Below are positions 1 to 7,871 of a DNA stretch of 30,300 nucleotides, piece after piece. Source of the stretch: a virus; UHGV virus genome UHGV-1280366, one strand, 5' to 3'. The notes beneath the pieces are model-generated. The model was not told the origin of the DNA, made no database searches, and worked only from the letters and a program-made list of their open reading frames with translations. The first letter of the stretch is position 1. Every line of letters begins with the position of its first letter. The translations under genes were made by a program, and so were the position numbers.

Positions 1-287
1 CATGATACCAACTCAGGTTAAAACAATGCTTAACAGTGGAGCAACATCAAGAGATTCAGCAGGGAAGAAACAGGTTCGTGTCTTCAATGCAAAATAACTT
101 CCCGCTGGACCCGAACGACAAAAACAATCAGGCAGCGGTAGACCGTTATTTCGCGCAGGATATCGCGCCTTCGTTTTCCATATCTGATCCGCAGAGCATC
201 AATACACTGGTCACCGTCACAACTAAAAGCGGCATGATACCAACTCAGGTTAAAACAATGCTTAACAGTGGAGCAACATCAAGAGAT
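1..287. repeat. 55-bp exact direct repeat, copies at 1-55 and 233-287 (offset 232 bp)
   Basis: Identical strings catgataccaactcaggttaaaacaatgcttaacagtggagcaacatcaagagat at both positions; flanks diverge (tcagc vs cctgc). Copy 1 may extend upstream of the window. Confidence 0.9.
2..97 (+). CDS. 3' end of an upstream virion gene, truncated by the window start; reads ...MIPTQVKTMLNSGATSRD... then stops at TAA 95-97
   Basis: Open frame 2 from the window edge to TAA at 95-97; shares the 18-aa peptide encoded by the 55-bp repeat with the next ORF. Partial, function unknown. Confidence 0.3.
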   Translation: MIPTQVKTMLNSGATSRDSAGKKQVRVFNAK

Positions 288-1223
288 CCTGCGCTGGTTG
301 TCCCGATGGCAAAATTCTACGGTCAGTTATTCGATAATAATCCGGCGGCAGCGGCAACACTTGATAAAAGTACGATGGCATTTTACGGCAAGGTTTACGA
401 TTATTCCCGCGCTGGCGTGCCGGAGGATAAGGCTGTTGATATGGCTTACAGCCAGGTGTTCCAACAGGATGACCGAATGAAACAGATGCTTTCCACTGCC
501 ATGCGAGACAAAAAATATGTCGCGGCGAGGGCAACTGCTGCACAAAATAACGCCAGCAGTCTGACTTCCTTTGGTTCGTGGTCTCCGGATATTACCGATC
601 CAGGAAAATCAAATGCGGCCTATCAGCGAGATTACCAGACAATTTACGATGCTAACTTTGTACAGACAGGTGGCGATGCAGAACAGGCTGAGAAAATGAC
701 CAATGCCATGATCAGAACCACCTGGGGAGTTTCTACGGTTAATGGCAAAGCAGAGGTTATGAAGTATGCACCTGAGGCATTGTACGGAGTAAATAATGGT
801 GCTGGTAACTGGATACAGGGGCAGTGGGAGCAGGAAAAACGCGAGCTTAAATCAAAATCCTTTGGCGGTCCTCGCAGTGATACGGACTTAATACTTGTTT
901 CTGATGGCCTTACGGCAAGGGATAGGAGTTATGCTGTTATGGTTTTACAGCCTGACGCAAACGGAGCGATAGAACCGAGAAATTATATTGGAGAAAATGG
1001 TCTCCCTGTTCGTTTCAAGCCGGATCAACTGACATCTCCAATGTACAGGCAAACCATTCAGTTACAGCAACAGCGTGTTGATGAGGCTAGAGTGCGGAGA
1101 GAAGGCAATCCGCTGCCGCAGTTCAGCAATAAAGATGGATATACTCCTCCAGATCTGACCAAACCATTCGGTTATGGTTCAGCCAATTACCTTCCGAGCA
1201 ATATATACGCAGGGGGCAAATAA
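36..1223 (+). CDS. virion protein, putative DNA-ejection/internal protein (395 aa); start uncertain (ATG 36 or internal ATG 234)
   Basis: Long ORF with ATG start; stop overlaps the next start (TAATG at 1221-1225), indicating translational coupling within the structural operon upstream of the tailspike. Function inferred from position only. Confidence 0.55.
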   Translation: MEQHQEIQQGRNRFVSSMQNNFPLDPNDKNNQAAVDRYFAQDIAPSFSISDPQSINTLVTVTTKSGMIPTQVKTMLNSGATSRDPALVVPMAKFYGQLFDNNPAAAATLDKSTMAFYGKVYDYSRAGVPEDKAVDMAYSQVFQQDDRMKQMLSTAMRDKKYVAARATAAQNNASSLTSFGSWSPDITDPGKSNAAYQRDYQTIYDANFVQTGGDAEQAEKMTNAMIRTTWGVSTVNGKAEVMKYAPEALYGVNNGAGNWIQGQWEQEKRELKSKSFGGPRSDTDLILVSDGLTARDRSYAVMVLQPDANGAIEPRNYIGENGLPVRFKPDQLTSPMYRQTIQLQQQRVDEARVRREGNPLPQFSNKDGYTPPDLTKPFGYGSANYLPSNIYAGGK

Positions 1224-4200
1224 TGCCGATATATGAACAGAATCCTAAAGAGTTGCTTGGCGAGGATATTCAGCAAATAGCAGCACCTGATGACAGTAAT
1301 TTCTATATGGAAACACCTTCTTTGCTTTCTGCTGTGAACCCATTTACCAGTGATCAACGCGTTCAAAGGTCTAGACAAGCAGCATTTCGTATAGATAACA
1401 CGCTGGGTAGCTTTATTGCCAGTGCTCCTTTCAGTCAGTTTGACAGGGTTGAAGGATATAACCCATTTGATAACGATGCAGCAGATATTAAAGGCTATGA
1501 AGATTTTGCAGATTCGTTTATCAACTCCGGTTCGCATGAAGAAACAATGGCAATTAAACATCGAATCGATAAGCAAAGAACAGATAGAGAATATCTATCT
1601 GAAATGGGTGGTGCTGGTACTATTTCAAGCTTAGCAATGGGAATGATAGACCCGGTTAATGTGGCTGCAATGTTCATCCCTGTAGGGGCGGTAGCGCGTG
1701 GAGGAAGTATTGCTGAGACGGCAGGGCGTTTTGCCCTAGCGAATGCTGCTGGTGGGGGAGTATCAGAAGCCGCATTACAGGCCACTCAGGAAGCTCGCTC
1801 ACCGATGGAGAGCGTATCGAACGTTGTTGTTGATGCTCTCGTTGGTGGGATCCTTGGTGCTGGTGCACAGCTACTTGCTGGACCTAGCGCGCGCGAGGCA
1901 GTGGTTAACTCAGTAGGTAATCATTTGCGAGGTATGGATTCTCCTCAAAGCATTGGTGCAGCTCAGGTTTTCAATACCACACTCGATCAGGAACAGCTCG
2001 CTGGACTTGGACTTGCTAACAAAACGTTGAGTGTCACTCCTGCTGGCCGCTTGGCTCAATCACCATCTCTTGTCTCCCGTCAGATTAACCAGCAGCTTGC
2101 CGAAAATAACTATTTCTTCGCCAAAAATGATGAGGGGTTGGCTACGTTTACGGCAGTCGAGACTAAGATTAAGCAATACGACGCCATGCTTTATAAGCAG
2201 ATGGAAGCCACTCGTGATGCTTACCAGCAGTACAGCAAATCTGTTAGCGCCCGCGGCGTGAAGAGGATGAGCTTTATTGATTTCAATGAAGCTGTTGGCA
2301 TGGCTATGCGCCGTGGTGATCAGAGTGATATTCCTGAGGTTTCACAAGCAGCCGCCAGAATCCGCCCCATTTTCGAGACCACAAAAGCCCGTATGCAGGA
2401 ACTGGGGATCCTTCCTGAGGATATCGATGTCGTGACGGCGAAAAGTTATCTTCCCCGCATTTATAAGTTCGATAAGATACTTTCCGACCGCACTGAATTC
2501 AGAGGGCGAATTGCCAACTGGATACAAGGGATTAGTGCCAAAGGTGCTGACAAAGCAGGTCAGCGAATTGAAAGGATAAATTCATTGCTAAAAACTGCAG
2601 AGGAATCGGCACCGCGCGCTGATGCTCTCGCTAGTGAAATCGCTGAAGCGGAGAAATGGTCTGGTAAAAAAATTCTACTTATGGAAGAACTGGATAAACG
2701 AAATAAGCTTATATCTCAGGAGACTGACACACAGGCGCGTCTTACAAGAATAGAAAAAGAGTTGGCCGAGACTTCATCAGAAAAACTTCAGGCAAGAATG
2801 ATGAAAGAAAGCTCTGACCTTAAAACACGCCTTGATGATATAGCGCAGGCAAAGAGTGAGCTTCCTGTCTATCAGCGCCATATGGAGTTGCTGGATAATC
2901 CACGGAAATATCGTTCTGAGCTTCGCCGACTGCAAAAACGGGCAAATTCAACCACAAGGCTGAATGCAAGCCGCGAACGAGCACTGAAGCAGATGGAGCC
3001 TCTATCCCGAGAGGAAGCAGAGGACGCTGCTGACGAGATCGTGAATAAAATAATAGGCGCACCTTCCGGGCTTGTACCAGCCGATATTATCCCAGAGAGA
3101 CTCGTTGGTCGGGCTGGTTTCACTAAAAGCAGAACGCTGCTTATTCCTGATGAGCGTATAGAAGATTTTCTTGAATCAGATGTTAACTACATCATGGAAA
3201 GTTATCTCCGGCAGGTGGCACCAGAAATTGAGCTGACTGCGCAGTTTGGCCGTAAAGATATGGGGGAGCAAATCCGTCAGGTTAGTGAGGAATATACCCG
3301 GCTAATAAAAGAGGCTAAAACACCTAAACGACGTGCAGTTCTTGAGAAGCAACGGGAGGCTGATATTAGGGATATTACGGCTATGCGTGATCGACTGCTT
3401 GGTACTTACGGTGCACCTCAAGATCCACGCAGTTTCTTTGTTCGTGCCGGGCGAGTTGCTAGGAATATTAACTTCCTCCGTTTGCTTGGTGGAATGACTG
3501 TCTCCGCTGCAACTGATCTGATGCGACCGATGATGCAGCATGGCCTGAGAAAATCTCTCGGACCAATGGTAAGCATGCTTAAAAATATGGACTCAGTGAA
3601 AATTGCAACCAGGGATTTGCGAGAAATGGCCGTTGGGCTTGATTATGTCCTGTCTACGCGTACAAAGGCTATAGCGGATCTTACTGACCCCTATAGCCGG
3701 AGAAGCGCCGCTGAGCGAGGTCTGAACTGGATGACGCAGAAATTCGGTAACTGGACGCTGATGAATCAGTGGAACAGCGCACTTAAATCATGGTCCGGGA
3801 TGATAGTGCAGTCGAGGATACTTGACGCGGCTCGCCAAGTTTCTGCTGGTGGCACGCTCTCCAAAAGTGAAATGCGGAAGATGGCACAGGTCGGCATCAA
3901 TGAAGATGTTCTGCGCCGAATCGGGGAGCAATTCGGGAAGCACGGAGAGGATATGGACGGGCTGTTAACCGGGCATAGTCATCTGTGGGATGACCGTTTC
4001 GCTAGAGAGATTTTCCAGTCTGCAGTGCTGAAAGATGTAGACTCAGTGATTGTAACGCCTGGCGTAGGTGATACACCGCTGTTTTTTAGTAAAGAAGGCT
4101 GGAAGATGATCACGCAGTTCAAAACGTTTATCTTCGCACAGCATAACAGGGTGCTAGTATCTGGTATCCAGCAGGGCGATGCTGCATTCTATCTTGGTGC

Positions 4201-4612
4201 GCTTGGCACGATTGCGCTTGGCTCAATGGTCTATATGATGAAACAGAAGTTAAGCGGTCGCGATATCGACTACAGCTGGAATAACCTTGTGAAAGAGGGG
4301 ATCGACCGGGGCGGAATGCTTGGCTGGCTCTCTGAGCCGCTGAATACCGTTGAGAACATAAGCGGCGGTAGGTTTGGTCTTGGCGCGATGTTTGGTGCGC
4401 CTCCGGTATCAAGGTTTCAGAGTCGTAATGCTATTGGTGCTTTACTTGGTCCTACCTTTGATCTTGGCGGTGATGCCGCGACGGTTGCGAATGGTGTACT
4501 TAACGGAGAATTTGACAGCCAGCAAACCCACGCGGTCCGTAAAATGCTACCTTTTCAGAACCTGTGGGCGATATCACCGTTACTAAATAAAGTTGAAGAG
4601 CAGATGAAATAG
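1223..4612 (+). CDS. large virion protein (1129 aa), putative DNA-ejection/internal virion protein
   Basis: 3.4-kb uninterrupted ORF; Gly/Ala-rich hydrophobic segment near residues 130-230, charged coiled-coil-like central region, hydrophobic C-terminal part. Last large gene of the structural module before the accessory island and tailspike. Family not recognised. Confidence 0.75.
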   Translation: MPIYEQNPKELLGEDIQQIAAPDDSNFYMETPSLLSAVNPFTSDQRVQRSRQAAFRIDNTLGSFIASAPFSQFDRVEGYNPFDNDAADIKGYEDFADSFINSGSHEETMAIKHRIDKQRTDREYLSEMGGAGTISSLAMGMIDPVNVAAMFIPVGAVARGGSIAETAGRFALANAAGGGVSEAALQATQEARSPMESVSNVVVDALVGGILGAGAQLLAGPSAREAVVNSVGNHLRGMDSPQSIGAAQVFNTTLDQEQLAGLGLANKTLSVTPAGRLAQSPSLVSRQINQQLAENNYFFAKNDEGLATFTAVETKIKQYDAMLYKQMEATRDAYQQYSKSVSARGVKRMSFIDFNEAVGMAMRRGDQSDIPEVSQAAARIRPIFETTKARMQELGILPEDIDVVTAKSYLPRIYKFDKILSDRTEFRGRIANWIQGISAKGADKAGQRIERINSLLKTAEESAPRADALASEIAEAEKWSGKKILLMEELDKRNKLISQETDTQARLTRIEKELAETSSEKLQARMMKESSDLKTRLDDIAQAKSELPVYQRHMELLDNPRKYRSELRRLQKRANSTTRLNASRERALKQMEPLSREEAEDAADEIVNKIIGAPSGLVPADIIPERLVGRAGFTKSRTLLIPDERIEDFLESDVNYIMESYLRQVAPEIELTAQFGRKDMGEQIRQVSEEYTRLIKEAKTPKRRAVLEKQREADIRDITAMRDRLLGTYGAPQDPRSFFVRAGRVARNINFLRLLGGMTVSAATDLMRPMMQHGLRKSLGPMVSMLKNMDSVKIATRDLREMAVGLDYVLSTRTKAIADLTDPYSRRSAAERGLNWMTQKFGNWTLMNQWNSALKSWSGMIVQSRILDAARQVSAGGTLSKSEMRKMAQVGINEDVLRRIGEQFGKHGEDMDGLLTGHSHLWDDRFAREIFQSAVLKDVDSVIVTPGVGDTPLFFSKEGWKMITQFKTFIFAQHNRVLVSGIQQGDAAFYLGALGTIALGSMVYMMKQKLSGRDIDYSWNNLVKEGIDRGGMLGWLSEPLNTVENISGGRFGLGAMFGAPPVSRFQSRNAIGALLGPTFDLGGDAATVANGVLNGEFDSQQTHAVRKMLPFQNLWAISPLLNKVEEQMK

Positions 4613-5053
4613 CTATTCACAATTAGTGATGGCGTATGTATCAAATATATTGCCATCACTAAATACATACCTATACTCAATCTCTCCGCCAAGGTGAATA
4701 AATGCTTTCATTTGCCTGTTGGAGCAAATGCTCGATTTTGAATAATTTCGCATTACACTCTTTAATTTATTTTCTAAGGTTACATCACCATTATAAACTT
4801 TTGATAAATAGCTGTTGTTGTAATTAAGATGCGCTACAACTAAGAGTTTGTTTAGTATTGCATTTATTGAAACAATAGACATATTATCATTCAATTTTAT
4901 GGGAAGTGACTTTCCTGCTTCTGATGCAATTTTGTTTGCATGTGCACACATATCCTCATTTATTAAATTCTTAAAACATATGTCGTTTGCAAACGAAAAA
5001 ATTGGTAGGATAAACAAAACGGTAGCTGTAATAGCGTGCATCGGCTTAATCAT
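4613..5053 (-). CDS. small hypothetical protein with predicted N-terminal signal peptide (MHAITATVLFILPIFSFA); moron-like
   Basis: ORF in a visibly AT-rich stretch (about 4620-5050) unlike the flanking phage genes; hydrophobic N-terminus ending in A-x-A-like site. Alternative start at 5041. Diverges from the next gene with almost no spacer. Confidence 0.45.
   Translation of the reverse strand: MIKPMHAITATVLFILPIFSFANDICFKNLINEDMCAHANKIASEAGKSLPIKLNDNMSIVSINAILNKLLVVAHLNYNNSYLSKVYNGDVTLENKLKSVMRNYSKSSICSNRQMKAFIHLGGEIEYRYVFSDGNIFDTYAITNCE
4623..4662. repeat. 11-bp perfect inverted repeat (ttagtgatggc / gccatcactaa) with 18-nt spacer
   Basis: Seen directly, at the convergent junction of the 1129-aa gene and the minus-strand gene 4613-5053; no flanking T-tract. 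Confidence 0.6.
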
Positions 5054-5065
5054 TAGGTGACCTTT

Positions 5066-5515
5066 ATGTTCAAGAAGATGATCAACAGATTAATCGGTGG
5101 TAAGGAGGTTAGCAATAAAATTCAACCTCTTATCTTTAAGGATAACTTTTCAGCTTTTGAGTATGCGTGTAAGTATCTTGACACAAGCCTTTCAGCCAAT
5201 AAACCAATGCCAGCCATCATCATACCTGGTCCCAGTGGGGAACAGCCAGTTTTGCTGGATTCTGGAAGACAAAGGGCAATGCTGAAGGTGTGCTCAGCTG
5301 ATGGTGGATTTTTTGTTATTGCCGATTCATCTTACAGCAAAGGACCAAAGCTGAGGATTGGTGATCTTGTTGCTTGGTTGCCTGTGAGTTATGCCGAAGA
5401 ATTAACGGATAAAATAGAAGATCCTCGCTCCGCTATGGTTGGCTTTATATTGGGAACCATTCATCCTGAACTAACATCTACTGGCTGGAAGGGTAAAGAA
5501 AGATTTCGCAAGTAG
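5066..5515 (+). CDS. hypothetical protein (about 149 aa)
   Basis: ORF; track start 5057 is GTG, so ATG 5066 was chosen, preceded by AGGTGA 6 nt upstream; followed by an intrinsic terminator. Confidence 0.5.
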   Translation: MFKKMINRLIGGKEVSNKIQPLIFKDNFSAFEYACKYLDTSLSANKPMPAIIIPGPSGEQPVLLDSGRQRAMLKVCSADGGFFVIADSSYSKGPKLRIGDLVAWLPVSYAEELTDKIEDPRSAMVGFILGTIHPELTSTGWKGKERFRK

Positions 5516-5529
5516 CGTGACATGTCACA

Positions 5530-5553
5530 GGCCGCTTTCGCGGCCTTGTTTTT
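5530..5553 (+). terminator. rho-independent terminator (GGCCGC-tttc-GCGGCC then TTGTTTTT)
   Basis: Perfect 6-bp GC stem, 4-nt loop, T-rich tail immediately after the stop of 5066-5515. Confidence 0.6.
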
Positions 5554-5593
5554 AACGAATGCCACCGCCGCCCGGGTGGGAATCCGCAGACAC

Positions 5594-5614
5594 AAAAAAG
5601 CCCGCGCCGCGGGC
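5594..5614 (-). terminator. rho-independent terminator for minus-strand gene 5620-6252
   Basis: On the minus strand GCCCGCG-g-CGCGGGC followed by TTTTTT (A-run 5594-5599 on the + strand). Confidence 0.55.
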
Positions 5615-5619
5615 TTCTA

Positions 5620-6252
5620 TTAATGCAGTTTATCTTTGCTTATAACCAGTAGTCTGTGGGTATGCACATCTTTATCACTGCCCCAACAGAAATCAGCCCA
5701 CTGGCTATAGAAATCATCCCATGATGTCATGAAGCTAAGAGGTCTATCTTCTTCAGAGCCATCTGAAACGTATACATTATATCCCGGGGTGTTTATAGCC
5801 CAAGAAATCATTCTTTCCCAGAATCTTCTCCCATCGATTGTTTGTTGCTCATCAGATACAACGATCGCATATTGCTCTAGGAAGAACTGAAAAAAAATCT
5901 GAGGCAAACCATGAACAGCACGGTCATGAATAACATTAGGCGTACGCCATACCATGATCTGCGTACATGTTCTTTTGGCTTCGACGATATCTTCCCGAAA
6001 GATTAACTTAACCGCATACACCGTTTCTGGAGTATCGCTGGTAGTAATCATTCTGTAATGATCGCCATTACAAGATTTTACAAGGCGATAACCATAAGGT
6101 GTTGTGAATCCCGGAAGAACGAAATCAACCACACCTTTCGCTAAGTAGCTTTCGGTGTGACTAGTGTTCTTCTCAGACATGTTCAGTTTTCTATCGAAAT
6201 CTGCTTCTGGGATAATGTATGGCATCGCTTTTCTTGTTGTATTTGTTTTCAT
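5620..6252 (-). CDS. hypothetical protein (210 aa), accessory island
   Basis: ORF with ATG at 6252 and GGAGG 6 nt upstream on the minus strand; bracketed by a terminator and an upstream TTACC-N5-GGTAA palindrome. No family recognised. Confidence 0.6.
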   Translation of the reverse strand: MKTNTTRKAMPYIIPEADFDRKLNMSEKNTSHTESYLAKGVVDFVLPGFTTPYGYRLVKSCNGDHYRMITTSDTPETVYAVKLIFREDIVEAKRTCTQIMVWRTPNVIHDRAVHGLPQIFFQFFLEQYAIVVSDEQQTIDGRRFWERMISWAINTPGYNVYVSDGSEEDRPLSFMTSWDDFYSQWADFCWGSDKDVHTHRLLVISKDKLH

Positions 6253-6311
6253 TTCGTCCTCCCATGTTTGGCTACAGGACGCGTTTTGAAGGGAAGATTA
6301 AAAACGCTTTC

Positions 6312-6326
6312 TTACCCGTAAGGTAA
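6312..6326. promoter_or_regulatory. palindromic motif TTACC-cgtaa-GGTAA(TAT), copy 1 of 3
   Basis: Seen directly, about 60 bp upstream of minus-strand gene 5620-6252; same motif at 7372-7386 and 7754-7768. Confidence 0.35.
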
Positions 6327-6391
6327 TATTACGCGAATCTACATCACATCGCCAATGATTATTTTAAAGGCACATCCCTGTGCCGCCGCCG

Positions 6392-7102
6392 TCAGAAGAA
6401 CCCTGCCTTGTCGTTGATGTACTCCGCGTGCGTCTGGATATCACGCAGGCATTTGCTCACACCGACGATGTAGCAGAACATGGTGGTCAGCTCCGCCGCC
6501 GCGCCCGATACGTCGTGCCCGTCTTCCTGTAACTGGTTCAGCAGATTCATCAGCAGTGAGTTTTCCGTCAGGCCGAGAACACCAGACGGAGAATGAATCA
6601 GGCTGCGGTAGCCGGGCTTCAGTGGGGCGCTGTAGGTTTTGTTCTCTATCTTCATTGCCTGCATCACTGCTGATGCTGTGGCGTTGGCTACCTGGTCGGC
6701 AACCATCTTTATGCGTTCTTCCTGCGGGAGCGAGTTTTTAATGTAACTTCCTGTGCGGCGGATCTGAGGAAGAACCTCACCTGTAACCCATTTACGAAAG
6801 CGGTAGGGGATAGTGCCTGGTGTTACTGCATCGCGGCAGCGGAGGATCAGTGTGTAGAGGCCTGACTCGGAGATGATGTTGATCTCTTTTACTCGGCTGT
6901 CAAAAATTGCACGATGTTCATGCCCTATGTTGAACATAGACCTTTCATCATCATCCAGTTTTTCAAGTGATTGGGTGACGTTTTGGATACGCAGCGCACT
7001 ACAAACGTCTTGGGCTACAAACCATGGTTGGCCATCGATAATGATGGAACGGATAGGGTTAACAGATTCAAATTTGAAGATGGCAGTTTGAGCATTAGCC
7101 AT
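6392..7102 (-). CDS. Bro-N / KilA-N family antirepressor-like protein
   Basis: N-terminal region (FKFESVNPIRSIIIDGQPWFVAQDVCSALRI...) resembles Bro-N DNA-binding domains of phage antirepressors; start moved to MANAQ (ATG 7102) with GGAGATAA upstream. C-terminal domain is paralogous to the product of 7418-7675. Confidence 0.7.
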   Translation of the reverse strand: MANAQTAIFKFESVNPIRSIIIDGQPWFVAQDVCSALRIQNVTQSLEKLDDDERSMFNIGHEHRAIFDSRVKEINIISESGLYTLILRCRDAVTPGTIPYRFRKWVTGEVLPQIRRTGSYIKNSLPQEERIKMVADQVANATASAVMQAMKIENKTYSAPLKPGYRSLIHSPSGVLGLTENSLLMNLLNQLQEDGHDVSGAAAELTTMFCYIVGVSKCLRDIQTHAEYINDKAGFF

Positions 7103-7258
7103 GGTGGTTATCTCCACTTAGTGATTTTAATCACCACCGCAACGCCAATTACTGGTGGTGAACTGGACAAGGTTGGCGTACCGGCCTAAGTGGTACCGGC
7201 GTCCTTTCGGACCCCTGCCCAGCCCACCATAATTCGGATATAGCTGTGCTTAACGCAT

Positions 7259-7280
7259 AAAAAAACCACGTCTGGCGTGG
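7259..7280 (-). terminator. rho-independent terminator downstream of minus-strand gene 7418-7675
   Basis: CCACG-ccaga-CGTGG hairpin followed on the minus strand by seven T (A-run 7259-7265 on +). Confidence 0.55.
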
Positions 7281-7371
7281 TATGCGCCACTTAGTAACTC
7301 GGGACGCCAATCCCGGCACTGGATTTTGCCAGTGCCCGATTACTATGGCACAAGAGGAGTGCAATGTAAAT

Positions 7372-7386
7372 TTACCGCAAAGGTAA
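7372..7386. promoter_or_regulatory. palindromic motif TTACC-gcaaa-GGTAA(ATAT), copy 2 of 3
   Basis: Seen directly; between the stop of 7418-7675 and the terminator at 7259-7280. Confidence 0.3.
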
Positions 7387-7417
7387 ATATAAGCACTCCA
7401 TTTGGTAATTGCAAACC

Positions 7418-7675
7418 TTATCTGGTTTGTTTTCGTAATTGTTCGGCACAATAGTCGAGATGTGTTTGCAGATCCTGCATAGACATCTGTGAGCTGGTGA
7501 CGTAGTTAATCAGTGCAGTCAGTTCGGCAAGTGGGCCATCGACATTAAATCCATCCTTATCGAGATCCCGGAGTAATTTCATCAAGTGCGATCCCTCCAC
7601 CAGTGACCTGACGCCTCCCGGCGTGTGAATCCTTTCGGTAAATCCGTCTTCCAGTGGATAGTGATACTGCTGCAT
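7418..7675 (-). CDS. short antirepressor C-terminal-domain paralog (about 85 aa), candidate SOS-regulated antirepressor
   Basis: Product aligns with the C-terminal 65 residues of the 6392-7102 protein (shared IH.P.GV..L.E.S.LM.LL..L..DG..V.G..AELT...Y...D.QTH). ATG 7675 chosen for GGAGAAG about 8 nt upstream; alternative ATG 7690. Confidence 0.6.
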   Translation of the reverse strand: MQQYHYPLEDGFTERIHTPGGVRSLVEGSHLMKLLRDLDKDGFNVDGPLAELTALINYVTSSQMSMQDLQTHLDYCAEQLRKQTR

Positions 7676-7694
7676 CTTAATCTTCTCCATGCAA

Positions 7695-7714
7695 TAACTG
7701 TATGTTTATACAGT
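7695..7714. promoter_or_regulatory. LexA (SOS) box, aaCTGTATGTTTATACAGta
   Basis: Matches CTGT-N8-ACAG with an AT-rich spacer (consensus TACTGTATATATATACAGTA); 5-20 bp upstream of the start codons of 7418-7675; overlaps a TATAAA -10-like hexamer on the minus strand. Confidence 0.6.
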
Positions 7715-7753
7715 AGCAAATAATTTGTTTGCTATCCAGCACGTTTTGCAAAT

Positions 7754-7768
7754 TACCTGAAAGGTAAT
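7754..7768. promoter_or_regulatory. palindromic motif TTACC-tgaaa-GGTAA(TAT), copy 3 of 3
   Basis: Seen directly, between the LexA-box gene and the tailspike gene (about 100 bp upstream of ATG 7872). Confidence 0.35.
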
Positions 7769-7871
7769 ATCTATTCATATTCACAGTCTTTCTATCCATA
7801 TGTGGTTTTTCAGGTAATAGAATAACCAGATATGCGGCGCAACGGGTGCTGCGACTATCTGGAGATTTAAC

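Noticed and set aside
262-545. Antisense and alternate-frame ORFs inside the 395-aa gene (262-543 -, 268-480 +, 327-545 -)
   Set aside because: Fully embedded in a longer, better-supported ORF; 268-480 is only the second copy of the repeat read out of frame.
1187-4586. Numerous 60-130 aa ORFs on both strands inside the 1129-aa gene
   Set aside because: All overlapped by one continuous 3.4-kb ORF; typical spurious frames.
4623-4662. Intrinsic terminator for the 1129-aa gene
   Set aside because: The perfect inverted repeat has no downstream T-tract on either strand.
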